NCBI GenBank assembly: GCA_963779755.1
Contig: CAVZZO010000001.1
Coordinates: 1,088,001 to 1,152,000, forward strand
Origin: an uncultured Gemmatimonadales bacterium
GTDB taxonomy: Bacteria; Gemmatimonadota; Gemmatimonadetes; Gemmatimonadales; GWC2-71-9
Length of the DNA stretch: 64,000 nt
Reading direction: 5' to 3'
In this document: positions 36,072 to 45,704 of the stretch, piece by piece
Position numbering within the stretch: position 1 is the stretch's first letter
Layout: each line of letters starts with the position of its first letter
Notes under the pieces: generated by a model
The model's database searches: none
Told to the model about the DNA's origin: nothing
What the model saw: the letters and a program-made list of their open reading frames with translations, nothing else
Made by a program: the position numbers and the translations under genes

Positions 36072-37618
36072 GCCCGCCCTCCGGCTTCCCCACGGAGCCG
36101 GCCGAGCAGGCCGCCGAGGAGGTCGCGCAGCTCGCCCCCGCGCTCCGTGCCGGTGGTACGGTTTACCGCCCGCAGGCCCAGCAGGCCCAGGAAGGTGAAG
36201 ATCATGTTGGGGCCCCACATGGCCACCGCGGGATCGACCAGGCCCCGGTCGCCCAGCGCCTCGCCGGCGATGAGCCCGACGTAGTACACCGAGAAGACCG
36301 CCAGCCCGCCCCCGATCACCAGCCCCATTCCGCCGCGGGGGAAGCGCAGCGCCAGCGGAATGCCGATCAGGACGAAGACGGCGCAGGCCGCGCTGATCGA
36401 GAGCTTCTTGTGCACCTCGATGAGGTATTTGTCGGCCTGGATGCCGGCGGTCTTCACCCGCTCGGCCGCGTTGGCAACCTGCGGCCAGGTGGCCAGCCGC
36501 GGCGTATAGCTGCCCGCCGGCTCCTCCCATTCCTGCGGCGGGGGCGTCGCCCGCGGGCTCCCGGTGATCTGCGGCTTCTTCAGCCCCGGCGGCAGCGGCC
36601 GGCGGGCCGGATGCTGTGCGGGTTCCTGCGCCTCAGCCGTCTTGGGAGTGAAGAGCCCTCCCAGGCGCTGCAGCAGGCCGCAGTACCCGCCGGGTCTCCG
36701 CGCTGCCGGCGGCGGTGACGGGGGCGGCGGGGGCAGCAGGAGCAGGGTGCGGAGATCGGACCGCAGCAGGTCGCGCTGCTCCCGGCGGGCGGCCGCCGCC
36801 TGCTCGCGGTTCTGACGCACGTAGCCCAGCATTTCGCAGGTGCTCATCTCCCGGTCGCCCCGGGCGGTTTCCACCGAGTTCTTCTGGAACTGATTGGCGA
36901 TATCCTTGACCCAGATCTCGTTCTCCCGGAAATAAGTCAGCTGAAACACCTGGGGCTCCATCGCCTTGAACTCGTGGATCGCGCCGTCAAAGAGCCGGAG
37001 GCTCAGATCGGTCTGGTTGTCGGTCAGAGCCATCCGGCCGCTGTCGGCGTAGATGATCCGCCGGGCGGGCGAGCTGCCCAGGTCGTAGAGGGTCACTCCG
37101 CGCAGCCGGCCGGTCGCCGGGTCGATCCGGCTGGCCCGGAGGAACATGCCGGACGGGCCCAGGGCGTTGATCACCTGCTCCCGCAGCTCGAACGTCGGCT
37201 TCTTGCGGGCAATGTCGTAGAGCAGCGTGCGCAGGCGGGCGTTGCTGCGCGGCAGGACCTGATCGTTGAAGCCGAAGGCGAAGACGGTCGTCAGAAGCCC
37301 CGCCACCAGGACCGGCGCCAGAAGCTGGGGTATGCTCACCCCGCTCGCCCGCATGGCCGTAATCTCGTTATCCGAGGCCAGGTGGCTGAAGGCGTGGAGC
37401 ACGGCGAACAACACCGCCATCGGCAGGGTCATGGCGAAAATGAAGGGAATACTGAGCCCGAACACCTCCGCGATCACGCCGGCCGGCAGCCCCTTGCCCA
37501 CCAGCGCGCCGAACCGTTGCGCCACCTGGTTGAGCAGGAAGATGCTGGTCATGGCGGCGAGGGCAAACAGAAACGGCGCCACCAGCTGCTGCAGGACGTA
37601 ACGGCTGATCAGACGCAC
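36068..37618 (-). CDS. lptF: LPS export permease LptF-like, with a Pro-rich insert
   Basis: ISRYVL, DNEITAMRASGVS, EVHKKLSI, GIPLA, AMWGPN; GTG start at 37618. Confidence 0.85.
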   Translation of the reverse strand: MRLISRYVLQQLVAPFLFALAAMTSIFLLNQVAQRFGALVGKGLPAGVIAEVFGLSIPFIFAMTLPMAVLFAVLHAFSHLASDNEITAMRASGVSIPQLLAPVLVAGLLTTVFAFGFNDQVLPRSNARLRTLLYDIARKKPTFELREQVINALGPSGMFLRASRIDPATGRLRGVTLYDLGSSPARRIIYADSGRMALTDNQTDLSLRLFDGAIHEFKAMEPQVFQLTYFRENEIWVKDIANQFQKNSVETARGDREMSTCEMLGYVRQNREQAAAARREQRDLLRSDLRTLLLLPPPPPSPPPAARRPGGYCGLLQRLGGLFTPKTAEAQEPAQHPARRPLPPGLKKPQITGSPRATPPPQEWEEPAGSYTPRLATWPQVANAAERVKTAGIQADKYLIEVHKKLSISAACAVFVLIGIPLALRFPRGGMGLVIGGGLAVFSVYYVGLIAGEALGDRGLVDPAVAMWGPNMIFTFLGLLGLRAVNRTTGTERGGELRDLLGGLLGRLRGEAGGRA

Positions 37619-37669
37619 GGCGCCTCTAAGTAACTCGGTTGTAAGGGTTTCCGCGCACGTATATATTCC

Positions 37670-40600
37670 GTGACCATTCGATCCTCCAGCCTCCTTCCGT
37701 CCGGTCGCGCCGGTCTGGCGCGAGTATGCGCCGTGCTTGCCCTGCTGGCCCTGGTTCCGGGGATGCTCCGGGCCCAGGCCGATACCAGTGGCGCCCGGCT
37801 GCGGCTGCGGTTCCAGCACGCCCCGCTGGTCCTCAAGCAGCCGGCCGTCCTGCGTGCCCCCTGGTTCGGCGGGCCCCGGCTGCCCATCGCTCTGGTGGTG
37901 GCCCAGTGGGACAGCTCGCTCAACTCCACCCTCGACTCGGCCCGGGCCGCCCACCGGCTGGCCCGGCGGCTGGCCGCCATCTACGGCGCGCCCGCCGGCC
38001 CGCCGGTCGCGCCTCCGGGCGCGGGGGAAGGCGAGGAGAATGCCGCCGGTCTGCTGGGCTTGAACCCGAAATATGCCAACCTGGCGCTCGACGGCCAGGC
38101 CAGCCTCGAGATTCGCACCGACCGGACCCGGAACGAGCGCTGCACGCCGGCCGCCCTGCTGCAGCCGTCTTCCGGCTGCCGGGGGAGCTTCTCGGCCCCC
38201 CGGCTGCAGAACCAGTTGAATCTGCTCGCGGGGGGCGTCATCGGCCAGCGGCTGCACATCAATGTGGACTACAACTCCGAGCGGGACTTCACCAGCAAGA
38301 ACGACGTTCAGATCTATTACCAGGGCCTGACCGACGAAATCGTCCAGCGGGTCGAGGTCGGGACGGTCACCTTCCGGCCGCCGCCCTCGCGCTTCATTAC
38401 GGCCGCCATTCCGGCGAACAACTTCGGGGTCAACGCCACGTTCGAGCTGGGACGGATGCAGTTCCAGGCCATCGCCGCCGAGCAGAAGGGGAGCGCGGTG
38501 GCGACCCGGACCTATACCATAGGCCAGCAGGTGAGCACCCCGCAGGACCGGCAGGTCCGCGACCTCGACTACGAGAGCGGCCGGTTCTTCTGGGTGGTGG
38601 ATCCCGTGCAGATCCCCGGCTATCCGGCCCTGGACATCCTGAACCTGAACCGGACCAGCCTGCCGGCCGCCGTGCGGCCCGTCCAGCTGCAGGTCTACCG
38701 CTACCGGACCTACCAGTCGCAGAGCGGTCCCGACCCCAACATCGGCGGTATCTCGGCGGTGGCGGTCTCGGAGGATTCCTCCCAGGTGCAGGGGCGCTGG
38801 CAGTTGCTGGTGAAGGACGTCGACTATTACCAGGACCCCTCGGGCCTCTGGATCACCACCTCGGGCAAGCTGGATCAGAACGACTATCTGGCGGTGAGCT
38901 ACACCACGGGGGCGGGCGATAGCGTCGGCACGCTGCCCACCACCGATCGCCCGGTGGGGCCGGGGCAGGCGCCGCTCGACACGCTGCGGCTCATCATCCG
39001 GCCGCAGAGCACGCCCGCCCAGGCCACCTTCCGGCACGAGATGCGGCAGATCTACCGGGTGGGCGGGGAAGACCTCGATCGCAGTACCCTGGTGGTCAAC
39101 CTGTCGGTCAATCAGTCGGAGCGGCCGCAGCTGGGCGGCGCCTCGACCTACCTCGCCCTGCTGGGCCTCTCGCTCCCCAGCGACGAGAGCCAGTTCGACG
39201 TTCAGAACCGGCTCTTTCCCCGTCCGCAGGACGTCGTCGCCAGCCAGAGCATCCACCAGGAGTATATCGTCTTCCCCAACCTGCAGCCGTTCGGCGAGAC
39301 GGTCCTGAGCCCGGCGGAGCGCTCCGACAGCCTCTATCGCACCCCGCAGTATCTGCTGCTCACCCAGGGACCGCCCGCCAAGTTCACCTTCCGGCTGCGC
39401 TATAACTCGACCGGCGTGGGCGACCGGTCCACCCTCGATCTCAACGCGCTGCAGCTGCGCGACGGGAGCGAGCATCTGGCGGTGGGCGGCCTCGAGCTGG
39501 AGCGGGGCGTGGACTATACCATCGACTACAATCTGGGGCGGGTGACCTTCCTCAACCCGGACCAGCTCTTCGGCAACAGCCCCACGGTGGTGACGGCCCG
39601 CTTCGAGGAGCGGGGGGTGTTCGCCGTGGCGCCCACCACCATCCTGGGCGGCAGCGCGCGGTATTCGCTGGGCCAGCGGGGCGATGTGAATCTCATCGGC
39701 ATCTACCAGTACGAGTCGACCGCCTTCAACCGTCCGCCGCTGGGCTTCGAGCCCACCGCGACCCTGGTCGGGGGGATCAACACCGACCTGACCTTCCAGC
39801 CCACGGCGGTCACCCGGTTCCTGAATTCGCTCACCACCGGCGGCGCGACCGCCCCCTCGCATCTGAACGTCCGGGCGGAGCTGGCCTTCACCAAGCCCGA
39901 CCCCAACCGCTCGGGGGCGGCGTATCTCGAGGAGTTCGAGGCGGATGCCGGCGTGAAGGTCTCCCTGGCCGAGGGCGCCTGGGAGTACGGCAGCCGGCCG
40001 GCGTCTCCCGCGGGGCTGGTGACCGAGATCCCCGACTTCGCCGCCGGATTCGATTCCTCCTGGGCGGTGCAACTCACCTGGCAGAACCTGGTGGACAACG
40101 GCCGGGGGCAGGCGGTGGAGCTGCGGGCCCAGGACATCGATCCCAACATCTCGATCGTGGGCACTGGCGCCCAGCGCGAGACCATCATGTTCCTCACGCT
40201 GCACGCCGATACCGCGGGCGGCGTCGTGCAGAACAACAACGCCTCCCGCTGGACCCAGCCGGCCCGTCCCTTTACCCCCCGCTGGCGTTCGATCACCACC
40301 TCGCTCAGCAGCACCGGCCTGGACCTCTCCCGCAACGAGTTCCTGGAGTTCTGGGTCTTTCAACCGGCCAGCCACTCGGCCGACAGCGCCGGCGTGCGCC
40401 TGATGCTCGATCTGGGGCAGGTCAACGAGGACGCGCTGGCCATCGCGCCCGAGAGCCTGACGGTCAACGGCGCCGACAGCGTCTACACCGGCCGGCAGTA
40501 CGTGGGGGTGGGCACGCTCGACACCGAGCGGGAGCCCAGCGGCATCTACAACGCCCAGACCGACGACACCGGCATCCTGGGCGACCGGCCCGATTCCCTG

Positions 40601-43600
40601 GTGGTGAACGGGCAGCTCGTCTCCCGTCCCGCGCTGTGCCAGCAGGTCCTGAGCTCCACCGTGCTCATCTATCCCTGGGGCGATCTCAGCAGCCGGTGCA
40701 GCAACGGGAACGGCCTGCTCGACACCGAGGATCTCGACGGCGACCGGGTGCTCAATGCCTCGGGGCCGGCGGAGAACGCCTTCCGCTACGTGGTGAACCT
40801 GGCCAACAGCAAGTACTTCGTGCGCGACGGGGTCCAGACGGTGGATTCGCTGGGGCGGGTGGCGGGCTGGAAGCTCTACCGGATTCCCCTGCGCGACGCC
40901 GGCGATACCATCGGCACGCCCAACATCCGGCTCATCAAGCAGCTGCGAGTCACGGTGGCGACGGGGCCCGATAACGGCGGCCCCGACGTGGTGGCGCGCC
41001 TCGCCCTGGCGCGAATGCAGTTCACCGGGTCCCAGTGGAGCCGCCGCTCCGATACGCCGATCGCCGGCATCGGCGGGACCATCGCCCAGCCGCACGGGCA
41101 GGTGCTGGTGAGCGTCGTCTCGACCGAGAATACCGAGTTGGGCTATACCTCGCCGCCCGGGCTGGGGAACCAGATCAACCAGAAGAACGGCGGGCAGGAC
41201 GTGCAGGGTACCCAGATCAACGAGCGCTCGCTCCGGGTGCTGGCCCAGGATCTCCGGGCGGGGGAGCGGTCCGAGGCCTACTTCCGGTTCCCGGCGGGCC
41301 CGCAGAATCTGCTGCGCTACCGGCAGCTGCGGGTCTGGATGCGGGGGCGGGGCGGCGGGTGGGAGGACGGAGAGCTGCAGGCCTACATCAAGCTGGGCAG
41401 CGACCCGCGCAACTTCTACCTGTACCGCACCGGCGCGACCACCACCTCCTGGGTGCCGGAAGTCTCGGTGGACCTGGAGACCTGGCGCCGCCTCCGGGCC
41501 GACGTCGAGAGCCGCTTCCTGCAGGGTCAGCCGCCCAACGGCGGTACCGACTGCGGGACTACCGATCCTCAGGCCTATGTGGCCTGCGACGGACCCTACC
41601 TGGTGCAGGTGGGCGATCCCGGGGTCAATCCGCCCAATCTGGCGTCGGTGCAGGAAATCTCCGCCGGCATCCTCCGGCTCACCGAGAGCACGGTGATCGA
41701 CACCGCCGAACTCTGGGTGGACGACATCCGGGTGACCGACCCCATCTCCAAGATCGGGACGGCCCTCGCGCTCGATACCCGGCTCACCGCCTCCGATGTG
41801 GGCGATCTGTCGGTCAGTTACATCCGGCAGGACGGAAACTTCCAGCAGATCGGCCAGGATCCGACCTACCGGACCACCGGTGCGCTCCAGCTGGCCAGCT
41901 CCTGGCGGGCCGACCGGTTCCTGCCCAAGTCGCTGGGCTTATCGGTGCCGATGTCGGTGAATTATCTCCGAAGCACGGTGAACCCCGATCTCATCACCGG
42001 CACCGATATTCCCGGGTCCGGCCTGGTGGGGCTGCGCCGCCCCGCCTCCTGGAGCCTCAACTACGGGATCACCATCCGGCGCAGCCGGACCGGCACCGAC
42101 TGGCTGACCCGCGGCTTCGTGGATCCGTTCACCTTCAGTGCCGCTCTGGTGCGCGGCCGGACGACCACCGAATACAGCGACGCCGCCCTCTCCAATTCCA
42201 GCTTCAACCTGGCGTACAATCTCCAGCTGCGCCGCCACGGCGTCGGCATCAACCTGGGGGGGCTGGTCGACGCGCTTCCCGGCTGGCTGCGCAACACCGC
42301 CGGCGCCAGGGGCGCGCGCCGCTTCACCCTGGCGCTGGCCCCCACCAGCCTGCGGCTCACCAGCGGGCTCACCCGCACCGAGTCGGATGTCTCGTCCTTT
42401 CTGACCCCGGTGCGGCGGCCGGCCGACAGCAGCGTGGCGGCGGCGGTCAACCTCTCGCACCTGTGGCGGAACAGCGCGTCCATCAATTTCCAGCCGCTGA
42501 CCATGCTCAACCTCTCGGGTGACCTCACCAGCACCCGGGATCTGCGCCACTACGCCGACTCCACCACCCTGGGCCGCCTGGCGGAGCAGGCCCGCACCAG
42601 CTTCCTCGGCACCGACGTGGGGGTGGAACGGGACCGGCAGTTCAGCACCGGGCTCAGCATTACCCCGGTCCTCACCTCCTGGCTCCGCCCGCGCTATATC
42701 ACCGGCAGCTCGTTCATCCTCTCCCGGACGCTCAATTCCCGCCCGCCGGTGCGGCTGGGCGACGACAGCATGGGGGCGTTCATCCTGCCCCAGACGCTGA
42801 ACAACAGCCGCTCCCGGGAATTCGGCCTGACGCTCGACCCGGGCGTCGCGCTGAGCGGGCTGCTGGGCGACAGCAGCTCGCTGGGCAGCGTCCTCAAGCG
42901 TATCCGCCCCCTGGACATCAGCAACCGTCTGGTGCGGTCGTCCACCTACGACCTGGCGGATTTCGAGCCCGATCTGTTCTACATGCTGGGGCTGGGCAAA
43001 CGGGAGGACTTCCTGCACCACCAGGGATCCGATGCGATCGGGGTGGGCGAAACCCGCTCCACCTCCTGGAGCAGCGGCGCCGACCTGCCGTTCGGACTGG
43101 GCTTCACGCTGAGCTACGGACTGGTGCATACCATGCAGTTCCAGCAGGTGGGCGGCAGCCTGGTAGTGACCGATACCCGCCAGCGCGAGTGGCCGGTGGG
43201 AACCTTCCGCCTGACCCACAGTTTCCGCTCCGGCCCCCTGAGCCTGCTCGCCGCCAGTATGAATGTCCGCCGGAAGGAAGGACACACCGATCAGCCGTCG
43301 GCCGGCCGTGTGGTGCGGAGCGGCAACAGCTCCAGCAGTGCCGGCCCCAGCCTGCAGCTGGGCTGGCGCAACGGGCTGGTAATGCTGGTGGGGTACAGTG
43401 ACATCTCCCAGGAAACCGAGAGCAACGGCAACCTGACCCGCTCGCAGCAGGAAGACGTCAACGCCAACCTGAGCTATGCCTTCCGGCTGCCCGGCTCCCT
43501 CAGCCGGTTGCGCAAGCAGGTCCGCGCTTCGCTCTACGGCGTGCTGTCGTCCAACACCAGTTGTCTTCAGCGGCTGGACACGCCCGACTGCACCAGTATT

Positions 43601-43780
43601 GCCGATACCCGCCGCACCGAGGTCCGCGGCGGGTTGGATACCGAGGTCTCCCGCATCCTCCAGGCCGGACTGCAGTTCGGCTATTCCGTCAACGACGTCA
43701 AGCAGATCAACTCCAGGATTTCGCAGATCTTCCTCGCGGTGACGCTGCAGTTGAGCCTGTATGCGGGGGACTATCGCTAG
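37670..43780 (+). CDS. sprA: T9SS outer-membrane translocon SprA/Sov homolog (2036 aa)
   Basis: GVIGQRLHINVDYNSERDF..N..IYYQG..DEIVQRVEVG, AEQKG, GVDYTIDYNLGRV, AYLEEFE, EFLEFWV, LDLGQVNED, DTEDLDGD; beta-strand-rich C-terminus; signal peptide LRA|Q. Confidence 0.88.
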   Translation: MTIRSSSLLPSGRAGLARVCAVLALLALVPGMLRAQADTSGARLRLRFQHAPLVLKQPAVLRAPWFGGPRLPIALVVAQWDSSLNSTLDSARAAHRLARRLAAIYGAPAGPPVAPPGAGEGEENAAGLLGLNPKYANLALDGQASLEIRTDRTRNERCTPAALLQPSSGCRGSFSAPRLQNQLNLLAGGVIGQRLHINVDYNSERDFTSKNDVQIYYQGLTDEIVQRVEVGTVTFRPPPSRFITAAIPANNFGVNATFELGRMQFQAIAAEQKGSAVATRTYTIGQQVSTPQDRQVRDLDYESGRFFWVVDPVQIPGYPALDILNLNRTSLPAAVRPVQLQVYRYRTYQSQSGPDPNIGGISAVAVSEDSSQVQGRWQLLVKDVDYYQDPSGLWITTSGKLDQNDYLAVSYTTGAGDSVGTLPTTDRPVGPGQAPLDTLRLIIRPQSTPAQATFRHEMRQIYRVGGEDLDRSTLVVNLSVNQSERPQLGGASTYLALLGLSLPSDESQFDVQNRLFPRPQDVVASQSIHQEYIVFPNLQPFGETVLSPAERSDSLYRTPQYLLLTQGPPAKFTFRLRYNSTGVGDRSTLDLNALQLRDGSEHLAVGGLELERGVDYTIDYNLGRVTFLNPDQLFGNSPTVVTARFEERGVFAVAPTTILGGSARYSLGQRGDVNLIGIYQYESTAFNRPPLGFEPTATLVGGINTDLTFQPTAVTRFLNSLTTGGATAPSHLNVRAELAFTKPDPNRSGAAYLEEFEADAGVKVSLAEGAWEYGSRPASPAGLVTEIPDFAAGFDSSWAVQLTWQNLVDNGRGQAVELRAQDIDPNISIVGTGAQRETIMFLTLHADTAGGVVQNNNASRWTQPARPFTPRWRSITTSLSSTGLDLSRNEFLEFWVFQPASHSADSAGVRLMLDLGQVNEDALAIAPESLTVNGADSVYTGRQYVGVGTLDTEREPSGIYNAQTDDTGILGDRPDSLVVNGQLVSRPALCQQVLSSTVLIYPWGDLSSRCSNGNGLLDTEDLDGDRVLNASGPAENAFRYVVNLANSKYFVRDGVQTVDSLGRVAGWKLYRIPLRDAGDTIGTPNIRLIKQLRVTVATGPDNGGPDVVARLALARMQFTGSQWSRRSDTPIAGIGGTIAQPHGQVLVSVVSTENTELGYTSPPGLGNQINQKNGGQDVQGTQINERSLRVLAQDLRAGERSEAYFRFPAGPQNLLRYRQLRVWMRGRGGGWEDGELQAYIKLGSDPRNFYLYRTGATTTSWVPEVSVDLETWRRLRADVESRFLQGQPPNGGTDCGTTDPQAYVACDGPYLVQVGDPGVNPPNLASVQEISAGILRLTESTVIDTAELWVDDIRVTDPISKIGTALALDTRLTASDVGDLSVSYIRQDGNFQQIGQDPTYRTTGALQLASSWRADRFLPKSLGLSVPMSVNYLRSTVNPDLITGTDIPGSGLVGLRRPASWSLNYGITIRRSRTGTDWLTRGFVDPFTFSAALVRGRTTTEYSDAALSNSSFNLAYNLQLRRHGVGINLGGLVDALPGWLRNTAGARGARRFTLALAPTSLRLTSGLTRTESDVSSFLTPVRRPADSSVAAAVNLSHLWRNSASINFQPLTMLNLSGDLTSTRDLRHYADSTTLGRLAEQARTSFLGTDVGVERDRQFSTGLSITPVLTSWLRPRYITGSSFILSRTLNSRPPVRLGDDSMGAFILPQTLNNSRSREFGLTLDPGVALSGLLGDSSSLGSVLKRIRPLDISNRLVRSSTYDLADFEPDLFYMLGLGKREDFLHHQGSDAIGVGETRSTSWSSGADLPFGLGFTLSYGLVHTMQFQQVGGSLVVTDTRQREWPVGTFRLTHSFRSGPLSLLAASMNVRRKEGHTDQPSAGRVVRSGNSSSSAGPSLQLGWRNGLVMLVGYSDISQETESNGNLTRSQQEDVNANLSYAFRLPGSLSRLRKQVRASLYGVLSSNTSCLQRLDTPDCTSIADTRRTEVRGGLDTEVSRILQAGLQFGYSVNDVKQINSRISQIFLAVTLQLSLYAGDYR

Positions 43781-43961
43781 GGATCAGGATTCAGGAGTCA
43801 GGATTCAGGGGCATCAGGCCTGAAGATCCAGCTATTATCGCAAGTGTCGGGCTGCCTCAGGGAAGTCCGCACCAATGCGGCGGAGGGGCGGGGCCCTTTC
43901 AATCCCGGATCCTGAATCCTGACCCCTCGCCCCTGAATCCTGACTCCTGAATCCTGACCCC
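43781..43961. repeat. Inverted heptamer arrays (CAGGAKT)n / (AMTCCTG)n flanking a unique spacer of about 90 bp
   Basis: ggatcaggattcaggagtcaggattcagggg ... atcctgaatcctgacccct..cctgaatcctgactcctgaatcctgaccc. Confidence 0.85.
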
Positions 43962-43979
43962 TTAATTATCTTCCGCCCC

Positions 43980-44876
43980 ATGCTTCGAAAACTCATTCTC
44001 CTCGTCGCCACCGCCCTGGTGGCGGCCTGCTCCGAGGCGCCCGCCCAGAAGGAATTCGACGCCGGCGCCTTCCGCTACCTGGAACAGCAGGTGGCGTTCG
44101 GGCCCCGTATTCCGGGGCAGCCCGGCCACACCCGGGAGGCCGCCTGGCTGGACTCCCTGCTGCGGCGGCGGGCCGACACGCTGGTGGTCCAGGCGTTCGA
44201 TCATGTCACCGAGACCGGCGACACGCTGCACCTCACCAATTTCATCGCCCGCTTCAAGCCCGCCGCCTCGCGGCGGATTCTCTACCTGGCGCACTGGGAT
44301 ACCCGTCCCCGTGCCGATGCCGACAGCTCCAAGGACAAGACCGCGCCCGTCCCCGGCGCCAACGACGGCGCCTCCGGCGTCGCGCTGCTGCTGGGCGTGG
44401 CCGATGCGCTGCATCGCAGCGCGCCCGGCGTGGGAGTAGACCTGCTCTTCACCGACGGTGAAGATTACGGCGTCTTTGCCGACAGCGTGGATGTGCTGAT
44501 CGGCTCGAAGTATTACGCCGCCCATCCGGTCGCCGGCGAACGGCCGCTCTTTGCCGTGCTCTGGGACATGATCGCCGACAAGGATCTCAAGATTTACCAG
44601 GAGCAGTATTCCCTGGTGGCCGCCCCCGAGGTGGTCTCCCGGGTCTGGGCCGCCGCCGACCGGCTGGGCTACGGGCAGCATTTCAGCCGCCTCCCCGGGG
44701 TGGCCCTGATCGACGACCATGTGCCGCTCCAGCGGGCCGGCTACAGCGCCATCGATGTGGTCGATTTCGATTACCCCTGGTGGCATACCCCCGAGGACAC
44801 GATCGACAAGGTGAGCGCCGCGAGTCTCAAGATCGTGGGGGATGTGGCGGTGCGGGTCATTCGGACGGTGAAGTAG
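43980..44876 (+). CDS. M28-fold lipoprotein, glutaminyl cyclase-like
   Basis: LVAA-C lipobox; QVAFGPRIPG, LAHWDTRP.AD, GANDGASGV, DGEDYG, DDHVP, WHTPED. Confidence 0.8.
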   Translation: MLRKLILLVATALVAACSEAPAQKEFDAGAFRYLEQQVAFGPRIPGQPGHTREAAWLDSLLRRRADTLVVQAFDHVTETGDTLHLTNFIARFKPAASRRILYLAHWDTRPRADADSSKDKTAPVPGANDGASGVALLLGVADALHRSAPGVGVDLLFTDGEDYGVFADSVDVLIGSKYYAAHPVAGERPLFAVLWDMIADKDLKIYQEQYSLVAAPEVVSRVWAAADRLGYGQHFSRLPGVALIDDHVPLQRAGYSAIDVVDFDYPWWHTPEDTIDKVSAASLKIVGDVAVRVIRTVK

Positions 44877-44976
44877 GATCGAGGAATCCCCGATCCTCAA
44901 TCCCCAATCCTCTTTTCCGGTCCGCTCCGCACTTTCCCGATCCCACCCCGCCGGCGGCGTGCTGGTAGCCTGGGGC

Positions 44977-45624
44977 ATGCGACAGGAACGCCGCGCCATC
45001 CTCCTCCTTGCGGCCCTCGCCGTGGCGGGGCAGGGCGTACGCTACTGGATCACCCGGCCCGGCGACGCTCCCGGCGACGTCCAGCTTCTCGCCGCCCTTC
45101 CCGGGCATTCTGCCATAACTCATGCGGAAGCCGCCACTGCGCTGACACGGCCGCTTGGCCCCGATGAGCGGGTCGATATCGACCGGGCCGACGTCCGGGA
45201 GCTCACCCGGCTTCCCCAGGTCGGTCCCGCGCTGGCGCGGGCCATCGTGGCAGACCGCGATTCCAACGGCGCCTACGGCACCCTGGAGGCGCTGGACCGG
45301 GTCCCGGGCATCGGGCCCGGCACCTTGCGGCGGCTGGGGCCTCATGTGCGGTTCTCCGGTGCGTCGTCGGCTGCCCGGGGCCTTAATCCGGTGCCGCCCG
45401 GAGGCGTCGGGACGGGCCTGGCCGGCGCGGTACCCGTGAATCGGGCCGATCTTGCCCAACTTCAATCCCTGCCGGGAATTGGGCCCTCGCGCGCCCGCGC
45501 CATCCTGGCCTGGCGTGGGCGGCACGGTTCTTTCTCCCGGCTGGAGGACCTGGCCCAGGTCCCGGGCATTTCACTCCGCATGGCAGCGCGGTTGGAGGGG
45601 CTGGTGAGCTTCGCGCTCCCTTGA
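44977..45624 (+). CDS. comEA: ComEA-family helix-hairpin-helix DNA-binding protein (two HhH modules)
   Basis: LTRLPQVGPALARAIV, VPGIGP, LQSLPGIGPSRARAI. Confidence 0.85.
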   Translation: MRQERRAILLLAALAVAGQGVRYWITRPGDAPGDVQLLAALPGHSAITHAEAATALTRPLGPDERVDIDRADVRELTRLPQVGPALARAIVADRDSNGAYGTLEALDRVPGIGPGTLRRLGPHVRFSGASSAARGLNPVPPGGVGTGLAGAVPVNRADLAQLQSLPGIGPSRARAILAWRGRHGSFSRLEDLAQVPGISLRMAARLEGLVSFALP

Positions 45625-45648
45625 CGGTCCGGGGCCGGTCCGTACTTT
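45621..45648 (+). promoter_or_regulatory. Putative sigma70 promoter of pilBTC
   Basis: TTGACG-16 nt-TACTTT. Confidence 0.4.
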
Positions 45649-45704
45649 AGAACGATGGCGTAAGCCCTTGTCAATTCTCACTCTCCGACAATTCCCAAGA
45701 ATCG

